DNA from: Andalucia godoyi And28
Taxonomy: Eukaryota > Protista > Jakobida
Reading direction: 5' to 3'
Assembly (NCBI GenBank): GCA_009859145.1
Contig: VRVR01000019.1
Span: 93,073-157,072 of the forward strand
DNA length: 64,000 nt
Made by a program: the position numbers and the translations under genes. Shown here in pieces: positions 34,683 through 46,200 of this stretch (position 1 is the first letter of the stretch; the number at the start of each line of letters is the position of its first letter). The notes beneath the pieces were generated by a model. The model was not told the DNA's origin. It saw only the letters and a list, made by a program, of their open reading frames with translations, and did not search any database.

Positions 34683-36614
34683 ATGTCATCCTCTTCTGGC
34701 ACTGGACGTTCTGGACTGCGACCTGTAAGCTTGGATGGGTCACACATCTTGATTGCCCTTGCCGGCGATACTGGTGCGGGAAAAACGTCGTTCTGCCACG
34801 CCCTTGTTGATGAAACGCCGTTTTCTGGTGAGCACTTCAGCCAGCTTTCGGGACCTGTGGTGATTCCTGCGGCGTTGGCTGGTGGGTATGCGGATCTTGC
34901 GATCCTGGACTCCAATGCTGATCAAGCGGACCATTTCCAGACTATCTTGTCCAAGTCTCATGTTATTGTGCTCATGTTTGATGGATCGGATCCGACAGAT
35001 GACTATCTTGCAACTCGGAGGGTGTCATCTTATTGGCTGCCATTGTTCAAGAGCCTGAATTTGAAGGTTCCAGTTATCATTGCAAAGAACAAGAAAGATA
35101 TCCCTGCAGAAAACGCCGCGCTGGAGTCCGTGCATGCTGCGATGCGCAACGGAGAACTTTGTGCAAACGGACTTTACCTGTGCGAATTGTCGGTCAAGGA
35201 TCGGCAGGGAATCGGCTTGGTCGTTTCTTATGCCCAAAAAAGCGTGTTGTATCCCATCACCCCGATTTTCGATTTTGTGAATCAAACATTGACACCGCAC
35301 GCCGCACGGGCATTTTTGCGGATCTTTCGATGCATTAACCGGTCTTGCACAGGCTACTTGTCAGATGATGAATTAAGGCAGATGCAGCGCCGTGTATTTG
35401 GATCGGATTTTCAGCCTGCTGAACTGCAGTTGCTGAAGCAGTCGTTGAAGCGGGCCGTTGCACAAACAGCAGACAGCCAAGACAATGGCCCTTCAGATGA
35501 TGTCAGTGTTGCAGAAGACCAGTCCGGGGTGTCTTTTGAAGGTTTTTTGATCCTGATGCTGCGGTTTGTTACACAGGGTGCCTCAGAGGCAATCTGGGCA
35601 TTTTTGCGTTCCTTCCATTATGACGACAAGCTAGAGATTGAAATCAATCTTCCGTCTTTGCATCATGAGCCCGACCAGTGTGTCGAGCTTTCATCTGAGG
35701 CGGTGGCGTTTATGACCGAGGCGAACAAACAGCTTTTTGCCGTGTTGCTCAACACGGCCACAGGCGGCCTCTTGTTTCCTAGCATGGATCAGCCGAAGAC
35801 TCTTGAAGAAGAGGCTTCCTCTAGCAGCGGCCAGCGTGCTGTTCCTCTTGATTCAGTAATTGCTCAGTATCAAAGTCTTGCGCTATTTGATGTCGCCACG
35901 GTTGCGCGCTTGTTTGCGTTGTCCGGATACGACTCCGATGATTTTGGCAAGCTATTCAAAGTCTCCAAGCGTAGAGCACTGGAGCGTCGGACCAATCGTG
36001 TGCAGCGTTCCGTTTTGCAATTCTACGTGTTTGGATCTCCTAATTGTGGAAAGTCGACTTTGCTAAAGAATGGTAGTGCGGTGCGCTTGCAGTCCAAGCA
36101 CACTCTTGTGTTTCGAGAGATTCCAGAGTCCTACGTCGACAAGGTCCTTCAGAGCCGCGAAGCTTTAGATGTTCCCGACGTTTTTGTGTTGGCCTACGAT
36201 GGTGCAGATCCGTACTCATTTCAGTACATTTCTCAGGTATACCGAAAGCTGGTTGCGATTGTTCCGGAGACGCCGTGTGTGTTTGTGGTGACAAAGGCGG
36301 ATCAAGATATTGTTGTTCAGCAAAATGATGAGTCTCCGGAGGTGTTTTGCAAGTCTAGAGGGTTACCGTGGCCGCCAATTCTGACGTCTGCACTGAACGA
36401 TGATTTTGGGTCGTTTTTCGACAGTCTGCTGCAGGTTGCATTACGCCCACAGTTGTGTTTGCCTTCCGTGTCGCAGAATGCACCCGGCTCGGCCCCTTGC
36501 GTGTCTTGTCCACCATCAGCGTCCAATCTCCGCAAGATCGTCTTGATTGGAAGCTCAGTTGTCGTTGTCGTCGGTGTTGCTGCTTATCTGTATCGGCGAG
36601 CAAAATCAAACTAG
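34683..36614 (+). CDS. RHOT: Mitochondrial Rho GTPase Miro (Gem1), 643 aa from the ATG at 34683
   Basis: GDTGAGKTS P-loop, SYWLPL, NKKD, AQKSVLYPITP, EF-region FEGFL..WAFLRSFHYDDKL, second P-loop GSPNCGKSTLL, LAYD, TKAD and a C-terminal tail anchor (IVLIGSSVVVVVGVAAYLYRR). Confidence 0.93.
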   Translation: MSSSSGTGRSGLRPVSLDGSHILIALAGDTGAGKTSFCHALVDETPFSGEHFSQLSGPVVIPAALAGGYADLAILDSNADQADHFQTILSKSHVIVLMFDGSDPTDDYLATRRVSSYWLPLFKSLNLKVPVIIAKNKKDIPAENAALESVHAAMRNGELCANGLYLCELSVKDRQGIGLVVSYAQKSVLYPITPIFDFVNQTLTPHAARAFLRIFRCINRSCTGYLSDDELRQMQRRVFGSDFQPAELQLLKQSLKRAVAQTADSQDNGPSDDVSVAEDQSGVSFEGFLILMLRFVTQGASEAIWAFLRSFHYDDKLEIEINLPSLHHEPDQCVELSSEAVAFMTEANKQLFAVLLNTATGGLLFPSMDQPKTLEEEASSSSGQRAVPLDSVIAQYQSLALFDVATVARLFALSGYDSDDFGKLFKVSKRRALERRTNRVQRSVLQFYVFGSPNCGKSTLLKNGSAVRLQSKHTLVFREIPESYVDKVLQSREALDVPDVFVLAYDGADPYSFQYISQVYRKLVAIVPETPCVFVVTKADQDIVVQQNDESPEVFCKSRGLPWPPILTSALNDDFGSFFDSLLQVALRPQLCLPSVSQNAPGSAPCVSCPPSASNLRKIVLIGSSVVVVVGVAAYLYRRAKSN

Positions 36615-37421
36615 ATCTGTTCGCGAAGGACGCAGGTTTTTTCTCCCCTCCTTCAGCGGTGTTGTTCATTTTACCTTTTAGCTGATAATGAGAGCAGCAG
36701 AAACCTCTCCAACACCGTTCACGAACACCACATGGTGTTTTCTCATAATCGAAAGAATCTCCTAATAAAACAAGTGTTTTTTTAATTATTATTTATTTAT
36801 TTATTTGTTTTGTTGGCCGACTGCTGGTGTTACAAACTCATCGAACACACGAGAAGAGTTGGCGTCGGAGGGTAGTCGCCGGAAAGCAAAGAATCCCATT
36901 GAAGCGCGTCTTCAATAGAAGAGCCAGGAGAGAAGAAACACAAAAAAAACAACGACTGAATGGCTTCTTGGCGTGCATTGCACAATTGGCAATGTACCCG
37001 CGAGTGTCCGAGGAACGCGCTTTGGATTTTCTCATCAGGTCTATCCAGTCAAGCTGTCAGGCTGTGTCAGTCCAGCGGTCCTGTGACAAGGGAACAAACG
37101 TGTGACAATCCATTAAACAAAGCGCACGCCAAAAGATTCAGTCCACCACCAAAGTTTTCTTTTTTCCAACCATTCTTTCGTATTATGGATTATTGTTCGC
37201 ATCTATAACGCCATTTTCTTTTTGGTTCTTCTCTGTTTTCGAATCGTCGTGTTTTCTTTCTGCGGCCTTTCTTGAACGTCTCTTTTTCTGTTCTTTTTCT
37301 TCTTTTCCATTTTCAAGACTTGCATTACGGTTGCGTGGTTTGGGGGGCTGTTTTCCTGCTCAGATCGGGCATTCGCAACGAAGCTGAAGAATATCCGTTT
37401 GGCGTCGTCGTTTGTTGAACC

Positions 37422-39566
37422 ATGCATGCGCACGAGTGTGCAGCGTCCTCGTCGGAAGAAGGCGAAGGACCTGGCTGTAAAAAAGGAAGTATTACGCACG
37501 GGCCGGTTTGCTATTGTGGAATCGGCTGCGGGCCCGTGCGTACCCTAACATTCAATCATCCTGTCAAGGATACGCCGGTGGAGGTCTCCACAGCTGTCAA
37601 GACTGAGCATCGCGATGTGTGCGATGCCAGTCATGCGTCCAGCTCCTCTCCGGACAACGAAAAGAAGAGTGCTGTTCCATTTTTCGAGCAGCCGACCTCG
37701 GCAGTCCCCTCCTCTATTTCGGCTTGTATTTCTTCTTCTTCTTCTTCATCTTCATCTTCATCTTCATCTTCATCTTCATCCACTTCCTCTTTATCTTTCC
37801 ATGCCTCCAGCTCCAGCTCCCGCTGTGGCTCCTGCTGTGGCTCCACTTCCACGGACTGCTTGTCTGTGGCACAAGATGTGTGCAATTCGGAAATTGAAGA
37901 CAGGGATTTCGGTTGTGACAACAGTCGCGATGTCAACAGTGGTCCGCTCTCAATTCAGACCGACAACGAAGGGATTTCTTCTGGATTCGTCTCCACTTTC
38001 TCGTCTTCTACTTCCAGCACGTCTCCGAGGTCCTCAGTTACCTCTCGGCGATCAAGTACTGACGTGAATGTGTCAGATGCATTCTCTGAAGACGGTTTGC
38101 CACCACGCCTGATGGTTGATTCGGATCTATCCGATCGCTACTCCGTTTATCAGGATCAGCAGGAGCGCCGCCAGTTTCTCCACCAACTCTCGGCGTTGTT
38201 TCATGATCTCCCGCACGAGTGTCTGAACCACGTGGCCTTGGCTGGATTGGATCAGCTCATGAAAACTGCAGATTGCAAATATGTTTCCCTATCCGACGTT
38301 GAGAATGTGCTTTCCTCAGTCGTCGGAAGCTTGAAAATGGTGACTACCAAGAGCGAGACTTTGGATTCCTTGTCTTCTTCTCTTCCTGCTCATCGTCGCC
38401 GCGCAATGCTCAGGCGCCAGCAGTTGCAGATCGCTTCGCACCGTTCTCGCAGCCCTTCTCGTGAATTACGGATGCCGGTCCATCTGTCAAATTTCTTGGC
38501 AGAACGGATGCGCGCGTACCTTTTAGAGAAGCAGGTTTCCAGTGCCATCATTAGTAATCGGACTGTGCATGTGTACACTTCTCGCCATTCCGCAGATCCG
38601 TCCTTGTGCGATTTTCAGGCCAGCGAGTCAGTGTCCGTAACGAGTGCCGCGAGCGGTGCTTCCCTGTGCTTCATCATGAAGCGCGTCATCCTGGTCTCTG
38701 ATAAATCGGAATCAGGTGAGGACATGTTCTCGTTCGGCATGGTCTGCGAAGAACAGTACGGACGGGGACTCAATCGTGCAAATATTGCATATTTGGAAGC
38801 TGCACCGCATTCAAAGGTATTTCCTTCGTCAATCAAGCCTCTCATCCAGTCCTACGCGGAGTTTTTGGAACGCTTCACAGGCATTGAAAAACTGCACTTG
38901 TGGGCCGATCCTCCATCTGCGGATTTTCCATGTTTTTTGTTTCGTGTCAACTATACTGCCGACGAATGGGATGCGTTCGCGAAAACTCTCAAGTCTTCGG
39001 CTTCCTTGCACTGCATGTATCGCTCCTTTTTGGGTGTGTATGAGCCCGTTGTGTTGGCCTATCGTGTGAAGTTGGACCCGCTCCCGCAGTTTGGAGTTCT
39101 TGATGATCCTGATGACGCAGACGTGAAATCAAGCATGGAACTGAAGACTCTATTTCGTTTGACGCAGCAAGAGATCGACCGCCTCCTTGATGAGCTTAAT
39201 GAGCCGCTGAAAGAGACGCTGGCTGTTGATTTGAAGCAGACATGCCCGAACGACGTATTGAAACGGCTCGAATCCCATTCTCACCGACTGGGTCATGAAG
39301 GCATTCGTCTGCGTTGGTTCGATGCGGACGCTCAAATGGCTTGCGGAAGCGCTTCCTTTGTCCGTCGACAGTTTGTTGCTGATTATGACTTTTCTTCGGT
39401 GCAGTCTGCAGTTGCCTCCTGCAGACGAGCCATTCATGATTTGGAGTTGATGTTTGGATCAGGATGCGCTTCCGTCTCGTGCTTCTGGTCCTCTGGGCTG
39501 GCCATGGTGCAAGATCGGTTTGCTCCGAGTGTCTTGTACTCTGACGGAAACTCCCCAGTACCCTAG
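37422..39566 (+). CDS. Divergent p300/CBP-type (KAT11) histone acetyltransferase domain protein with Ser-rich N-terminus, 714 aa
   Basis: KRVILV..SGEDMFSFGMVCEEQYG..RANIAYLE..LIQSYAEFLE..LHLWADPP..FLF..MYRSFL..LPQF..DFSSVQSA parallels p300 (KALF..DGVDLCFFGMHVQEYG..RVYISYLD..ILIGYLEY..GHIWACPP..YIF..WYKKML..LPYF..EFSSLRRA). No bromo, TAZ or KIX domain recognised. Start and end are uncertain. Confidence 0.75.
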   Translation: MHAHECAASSSEEGEGPGCKKGSITHGPVCYCGIGCGPVRTLTFNHPVKDTPVEVSTAVKTEHRDVCDASHASSSSPDNEKKSAVPFFEQPTSAVPSSISACISSSSSSSSSSSSSSSSSTSSLSFHASSSSSRCGSCCGSTSTDCLSVAQDVCNSEIEDRDFGCDNSRDVNSGPLSIQTDNEGISSGFVSTFSSSTSSTSPRSSVTSRRSSTDVNVSDAFSEDGLPPRLMVDSDLSDRYSVYQDQQERRQFLHQLSALFHDLPHECLNHVALAGLDQLMKTADCKYVSLSDVENVLSSVVGSLKMVTTKSETLDSLSSSLPAHRRRAMLRRQQLQIASHRSRSPSRELRMPVHLSNFLAERMRAYLLEKQVSSAIISNRTVHVYTSRHSADPSLCDFQASESVSVTSAASGASLCFIMKRVILVSDKSESGEDMFSFGMVCEEQYGRGLNRANIAYLEAAPHSKVFPSSIKPLIQSYAEFLERFTGIEKLHLWADPPSADFPCFLFRVNYTADEWDAFAKTLKSSASLHCMYRSFLGVYEPVVLAYRVKLDPLPQFGVLDDPDDADVKSSMELKTLFRLTQQEIDRLLDELNEPLKETLAVDLKQTCPNDVLKRLESHSHRLGHEGIRLRWFDADAQMACGSASFVRRQFVADYDFSSVQSAVASCRRAIHDLELMFGSGCASVSCFWSSGLAMVQDRFAPSVLYSDGNSPVP
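37730..37780. repeat. (TCT/TCA)n poly-Ser tract in the KAT11-like gene
   Basis: Read directly: tcttcttcttcttcttcatcttcatcttcatcttcatc. Confidence 0.85.
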
Positions 39567-40343
39567 AATGGCCCATTATTTTGCAGGGAACTATGAGCGT
39601 GAGTACCTACCACGACAAATGTAAGTTTGTTGCAACGCTGATAGGAAGAAATGTGGTGGATGAAGACCGATGTGCGGCTGCTGATCTGTGGCAGAAAATG
39701 ATCATGTGTGTGCCGAACGACATTAGTGCTCTTTACTAATGGCAAGAAGAAGAAGAAAAAAAACCGATAAAAACATATTCTGGCCGTTTCGACTTATTTC
39801 GATATGATGAATCAATCTGAAGCGCACGCAAACAAAAACACTGGCACGCGCCATGCGCATGCGGTGGTTTTCTTCACAACTCCGTCACACGATGCCCGAT
39901 TCGTTTCGCCCCATTTTGATCATGAAGTCCCTATACACACGCCGCCGCGTTGCATTATGCATGTTGTTGGGTTGCAACATTGATTATGGGTGATCAGCGA
40001 TGATTATCCATAGTTAGTGTACAGCGTAGGCGTTCACAAAGTATTCCCAGCAAACCTCCATGCTCTGTACGAGATGACAGACGACATGCCACACAGGCTG
40101 CCCGTCGTAGTATCCGACGAACGAATCGACAACTCGAAAAGAAAATCAAAATTAAAAACAAGAACAAAGAACAAGAACAAGAACACGCATTCTGAGCAAG
40201 ACATCTGTGGGACCGACAGAAGTCTGGAGAGGTTTTTTGGGTCGGGAGGGTGCTAGTAACTCGCTGCTCTTCTCGTTTGCTGTTTATTGCTTATTTACAT
40301 ACTTTGAAGAATCGTCGATTGCCATGACGATACGCGCTACATT

Positions 40344-42845
40344 ATGAACAACCAAAGTGACATTGTGGATACCAATCAGTTTCGATTGCGGCTTGCCAGT
40401 CTGCGTCTGAGGGTTCTCCAGAGCAAGGTGCACGAAAGCTGCGCCTCATCAACTCGTCCTCAGGCTGTATCATTTCAGGCTGCTGGCACACAACAGAGGC
40501 CCTTTGAGGCCCGAATTTTCGGTCCACAGGGATCGATGCACGATGAGCAGCAACATTCCAGAAGAATTCAGACGCAGCAGTTAATGTCTGTCCTGCAATC
40601 TCAACACGAGGCGCTGAGATCGATGATGGCAGAGAGACAGAAGCTGCGGGAGACTCTGATTAAGATGGCAGAAGAAGAATTAGAAGAAGAGCCAGAATCG
40701 GAATCTCAGCTGCGTCAACAGGAAATGTTGCCTCAGCACCACACTCTGGGTGATGCGCGACAGGCTATTTTGTCAACGGCACGAAGGCGGAGTTCCAGTC
40801 GCGAACCTGATTTTGCCCCCGATTGGTTTGAAAACTTTGAAAGGAAGATCGACCGATTGCTGAGAGCCAAGGAACGCGAGAATAGTGTGCACAATGAGTC
40901 CACAAGAGAGCCAGCGAGAGGTGCAGCGAGTGGCTTGCGCCGTGTCCGCGGCTACGGTCCTGAGAATACCAGCGATGCTTTGGAAAATACGGATATCCAG
41001 AGCAAGTTACTGCAGGACTTGGTGCAGCAAAACATTGAAACACAGAAGTTCCTGATGGAACAGCAAAGATCTCTGATTGACGGCGGTTGTCGGGAGGCTC
41101 AGAAGAATAACAGGTTCACGAGACCAGGGAGTCCATCGGAATCGGAGAACGATATCCATACCGAGAATTACATGCCTCACAGGATCGGTGTTAACGAGAA
41201 GACCAGCAACAGCAACAGCAACAGCAACAACAGGGATGCAGACGAGAAGGGGCGAACGGAGACTTTGCAGGATCGAAGACAGTCCTTTGCGAAGCCGTCG
41301 AGCCGAATGCAAGCGTTGGAGCTGGATTCCAAGAAATCTGCTCCTGGCGACTTTTTAAATTCCAGTGACGACGACGAAGGCACAGATAGCTCAGACCGCG
41401 AGGAGGAAGATTCTGATCTCAAAGCGGCGCGAGAGCGTCTAAAGGCCAAATTGGCGGCACTCGAGGGATCCTCCACTGCGAAAGCTCACACACCACTGCG
41501 AAAGCTTCGCATCCGCGTCTGGTATGTGTTGTTTGCGTTTATTCTCCGAAAGCTGTTGAAACAGAGGAAAGAGGATGCAGGTCGGTCGAGCACCGAGATG
41601 ACTGCTTATCTGGATTCATTTCTTCGTGCCTCCGAGTTCCTGACACGACGTGCTGTCAAGATCCCATTTGTTTCTGTTATTCAAGAGTCGAAAATGGAAC
41701 TGGACATCATCAAGCCGGGAGAGAAGAGTGGAGAGGAATGGTCGTCAGTGCTGAAGAGCGAGAAAGAAACGCAAGTCCGCATCATGAAATTGAAAGTCAA
41801 AGCAAAAGGAATTCTCGATGCGTTGACAGAACATTGGATCCTTCCGTGGGTGTACCTCCGGTTTCATCCCGACAAGCGCCAGCCTGTCTTTTCGGATGAT
41901 GAGCAGGATGACGCTGCAGCTTCTGCAGCACCATCCGCTCGAAACTCGGTCAATCAGTCCGTTTATTCATTGAAGAAACAGGAGCAGGATGCTTCGTCTT
42001 TTGCATTGTTTCTGCAGAGTTCTCGTCGACATATGGATGACGAGAGTGTCAAATCCCATCTCGCGCTAATTCGGTTTTTCAGAGACTACCTTTCCCCCGG
42101 TAACTCCTTTCCGAAAGGATGGTATGCGCCTCAGGAGTCAAAGTTCATGTCCTTCAGTCCCGACGACAATGCAGCACCCCTTTCTATCTCTGTGGAGGGA
42201 GTATTCATTCAGGTGGCACACTTTATTTTCTTTCGAGTTTTGATTGCCCGTGTCTTGCTACCCTCTTCATCAGCGGTTGTTTCGGGGTCTTCTGCGTTCA
42301 ACTATTCTGGCAATAAGAAGGCCGCTCGGAATTTTTTGGTGATCTCTTCGCTCCTGTACGAAATTGTAATCCAAGCGCTTGTCAGGGGATGCCGAATTAT
42401 GCGGTCCGATGCTGTTTATGCGCCCGTTGAGAATCAGTTGTTGCCGGATGGAATCAGGAAAGCTCTTGCGAACGCAGTGTTTGGATCCTGGATGCAGGAC
42501 ACGTCCGCAAGTGTCTTTCGGTTCCTGTGCGACTTTGTGTTGTTGGTATTGTGCAAGAGGAAAGGAGAGGGTCTGTGGAGAAAGTTGAGTTTTCGATCCT
42601 CCGTGTTGGAAACATCTGCTTCTGGGCCGGCTTCCTCTGCTGAGGATCTGTCATGGTCGTCGTCTATCTGGTCCTTCTTTGTCGCGCTCATCGAAGATGG
42701 AACGTGGAAGAAGCATCGAAAGGAAAATAGAATGGACGCGCAGAGAAAGGCTTATCAATCTCAGGTTCAGGAAATCCGGAAGGTGCTGCAGGATTGGCTT
42801 GCAGTCCAGCATGCTACAGACGCGAGAGGCCCAATGCGAAGCTAA
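40344..42845 (+). CDS. Hypothetical protein, 833 aa: coiled-coil/disordered N-half and helical globular C-half
   Basis: Long ATG-initiated ORF with normal composition that fills the space between neighbours. No family recognised. Confidence 0.8.
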   Translation: MNNQSDIVDTNQFRLRLASLRLRVLQSKVHESCASSTRPQAVSFQAAGTQQRPFEARIFGPQGSMHDEQQHSRRIQTQQLMSVLQSQHEALRSMMAERQKLRETLIKMAEEELEEEPESESQLRQQEMLPQHHTLGDARQAILSTARRRSSSREPDFAPDWFENFERKIDRLLRAKERENSVHNESTREPARGAASGLRRVRGYGPENTSDALENTDIQSKLLQDLVQQNIETQKFLMEQQRSLIDGGCREAQKNNRFTRPGSPSESENDIHTENYMPHRIGVNEKTSNSNSNSNNRDADEKGRTETLQDRRQSFAKPSSRMQALELDSKKSAPGDFLNSSDDDEGTDSSDREEEDSDLKAARERLKAKLAALEGSSTAKAHTPLRKLRIRVWYVLFAFILRKLLKQRKEDAGRSSTEMTAYLDSFLRASEFLTRRAVKIPFVSVIQESKMELDIIKPGEKSGEEWSSVLKSEKETQVRIMKLKVKAKGILDALTEHWILPWVYLRFHPDKRQPVFSDDEQDDAAASAAPSARNSVNQSVYSLKKQEQDASSFALFLQSSRRHMDDESVKSHLALIRFFRDYLSPGNSFPKGWYAPQESKFMSFSPDDNAAPLSISVEGVFIQVAHFIFFRVLIARVLLPSSSAVVSGSSAFNYSGNKKAARNFLVISSLLYEIVIQALVRGCRIMRSDAVYAPVENQLLPDGIRKALANAVFGSWMQDTSASVFRFLCDFVLLVLCKRKGEGLWRKLSFRSSVLETSASGPASSAEDLSWSSSIWSFFVALIEDGTWKKHRKENRMDAQRKAYQSQVQEIRKVLQDWLAVQHATDARGPMRS

Positions 42846-43257
42846 CGATAGTTGGAAGAGAGGCGAAGATCATTTGCTTTCTTTCTGTTTGGTGTTGTTT
42901 CTGTTTCTGCTCCATATATAATGTATCGTGTCGCGCTAAAAGGTAAACCGAGTCGTCTTCTCTCCTATTGGAACGTTTCCGAAACTCTGGTGTTCCTGCG
43001 TGCTGACACACACTAATTGCTAGCAAGAATCAATGTCTGCTGTGCCATCTCCTCCATGTCCTCCGAAATGCGGCACCAAGAACGCAATCATGCGTACAGA
43101 CCCCAACGGCTTGCACTCGTTGACGAAGCAAGAAGCGCACAATAGAAAATAATAGCGGAGTGTCGATCACGGCTGGCACTCACGGTCTTGAGACTTTGCC
43201 CGGCTCGTCGGACTCGGCAAATGAAAGCCATATTGATCCCTGCAGTGGGGTGGGACA

Positions 43258-46200
43258 TTAAAAGCAAGACAGCTCATCTTGGATAAAAGAATCTACCGAG
43301 GTTCCCGCAAACAATTCGTCAACAGACAAATCATCATTCCGGAGCGAAGTAGAAAGTCCGGAAACCGGAATGCGATGTCTTCGGGAGAACTCTGCAATCC
43401 AGGTCACCAGTGCTGCTTTCAAGTGCTCCTCCTCTGCTGCCAAGTCCTTCTTGTCCTCAGCAGAAGTTCGCTCGGTATCCTCCTCCTTGGAGGAAAGCGA
43501 TCCCACAGACGAGGTCGACGAGGAAGAGGCACTATCGTCGGTAAGCCACATGTCTCCAATATCATTCTTCAGATTGTGGTAGATCAGTGAAACCAGCTTC
43601 AGATTCGCAGAAATGCCTCGGAACTTTCGGCCCAACAATGGTGCCATACTCTTGATGATCTTCAATGAATACAGATTGACCTCCGGCATGAAGAACGTCT
43701 GCTCATTTGAAACTAGAAGCATTCTCTTCATGCTCGAATGAGCTTTGAAGTGAACAAGGACCGACACACGAGAATTCACATGTTTTGTTAGCTTTTGCAG
43801 CACACGGAGGAATAGCACAGTAATGGACCACGCTCTGAAATTGATTTTTGTCGGATACTCGGAGATCGACCCAGAAAAAATCGGCCAGTCCAACATTTCA
43901 TGAATCATTTCACTTTGCCATTCCAGGGCAGTGAGAAACTTCAAAATAAGCAGCAGAACCTTTCCATCAACAAGGCGCATTGCAAAGTCCTCCGACGGCA
44001 ATCCATGAAGAACTCGCTTCCATTTCTTCAAGAGCAGCAATAAAATGTGTCCGACAGACCGCAGTACAATGGACTTGCACCGAGACTTTCCCATTGTAGC
44101 GACCAACTCGGGAAGTTTGGAAAGCGGAGACGGAGCGGTCGCATACGTAACGCCGGCTGGAAGATCATCCGGAGAGGAGAATCGTTCCAGATCGGCCAAA
44201 AAGAAAATGTGTCCCCGATAGAAGCTCTTCTTCGCCGACGGAAGCGATGCGTACATGATCTTCAGAAGAGCATTGACGAATTGGTCCATTTGAGGAACCA
44301 TTCGAGTGAAATAATCTTCGACAACCAGTGACGCGTTGTCCGCTGACGACACGGTACCCGCTGTGGAAAATGCCGGAAGATGGGAGGTTGAGATATGGTA
44401 CTCATCGGTCATTCGATTGACAAACTCTGTCACTCGTGAAACGCGGTCCTCCAACGCGTGCTTCGCTGTAACATCAACAGCTTCTTTGAGAGACTTTGGA
44501 ACAGAACCGAGAAAGCGTCGGCCCTCGAGCTTGGACTGCAGCTCATCCAAATAACGACGCCGAGACTTTTGACGAGACCCCCTAGCAGAATTTGTGTAAT
44601 GGCCCGAGGACGCCGCCCCTTCATCCGTTCCGTCTACGATCGGATCCACGCACGATCTCGCACGACAGGAGTCAATCGGGCCGCAAGTCGCGACCAAAAT
44701 CTTCTCAAACAACAGCACAAGGCGCTTCACAGGAAGCACTTGGTTGTGGTCTGTCGCCACAAGGATCAGCAGCTGGGAAACGTTTTCCAATGGAGACTGT
44801 CCATTCCAAAGAACTGTGCGAAGTTCGGCAGACAGATTCGCGGTCAGGTCAGAGTGATCGCTGCCGTCACCGTCACCGTCGACTAGAGACTTCTCCTGTC
44901 TGAGGATATGCTGTCGGCATCGTTCTGTAAGCAGTAATGCCAAGGACAGTGACCATCGACACAACGCACGAAGATACGTCAACGACGATGAGTTTGCTAC
45001 GGAACGCAGTGGGGAGTCCGCAGAAAACTCTCCAGCTGCCTCCTGTGCATTCGGTTCTGTACTCTGCATATGCGTCTGACTTGAGTCATTCAGTTTCGAC
45101 TGCGCATGTGGCGGCGGTTGTGAAGGAGACGACGCAGGGGAGCTTTTTGCAATGTCCTTGTCTGTTCTGACTCGGGTCATCGCCGAGCTGCAGACATTCA
45201 TTGCAAATTGAAGAACTGGAATCAAACAGCCTTCTGACAGCAGAAGATCACATCCGCGTTGAACACCATCCTTCTCGGGGGCGGTAGACTGTGAAGAGTC
45301 TGAAAATGAATCGCATCCGATCCGCACAGTTGCCGAACTGGCCGAACCACCTCCGATGAAAAAGACACTCGGGATTCCGAGGGCAATATCGTACAGCTTC
45401 CTCAGCGCACACAGCCTAACCTGTTCATCCAAGCTTTCTAGACGATCCACGACAAAAGACACCGAGGTCGTTGGTGCAAAAACAGACTGGATGCTTTGCG
45501 ATAGAACATTCTCTGGTAGCGAGAACGACCCCTTGTCCTCACGCAGACTCCATAACACATGGCGAGGAGGTTCGTGCACCGGATCGTCAATGTATGAAAA
45601 TATCTCCTCAAAATAATACCAATCCAGGCGGGGGTCAAGGTACACCCAGTCAAAATAGTATCTTTCCCTGGATGGCCCTCCGCTACTAGAATCCGTATCC
45701 TCTCCAGAGTATATGGATTCACCAGACACTGAGGAGGAGGAGGAGGAGGAGGAGGAGGACAACGTAGACGACGACGAAGAGATTAGCGAAGCAGAAGCAG
45801 TAGAAGGAGCATTACGAAGATCAAAGATCTGGCCATTCATTGATTGCAGATTAGCCTCATGTGCATGCTCCATATCATCTCCGGTTTCGCAAAGGGCATC
45901 TTCCACGCCGGCAGTCGACTGCGTTTCGACATACCGATGTCTTCCGTTCATTGGTTTCCGTTCATACATTGTGCTCATCTTTCCTTTCGCTGCGGACTGC
46001 CCAAGCCCGCTGCCTGCGCCGTCCTTCCCATTTGCGCGGCCACTGATCGGCGTCTCCATCCGACTCATCATCGAAATCGCTTCCTGCGACGAATCCAAGT
46101 TCAGCGAATCTTTAGGCAACGGTCTCCTTGACTTGCGAGACGATGCGGCACCAACTACACCACCTCCACCTCCCGCGTACGTTGCAGATGCATCGTCTGA

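Noticed and set aside
39845-39870. NRF1-like palindrome ATGCGCATGCG
   Set aside because: A single occurrence, with no evidence that the factor exists in this organism.
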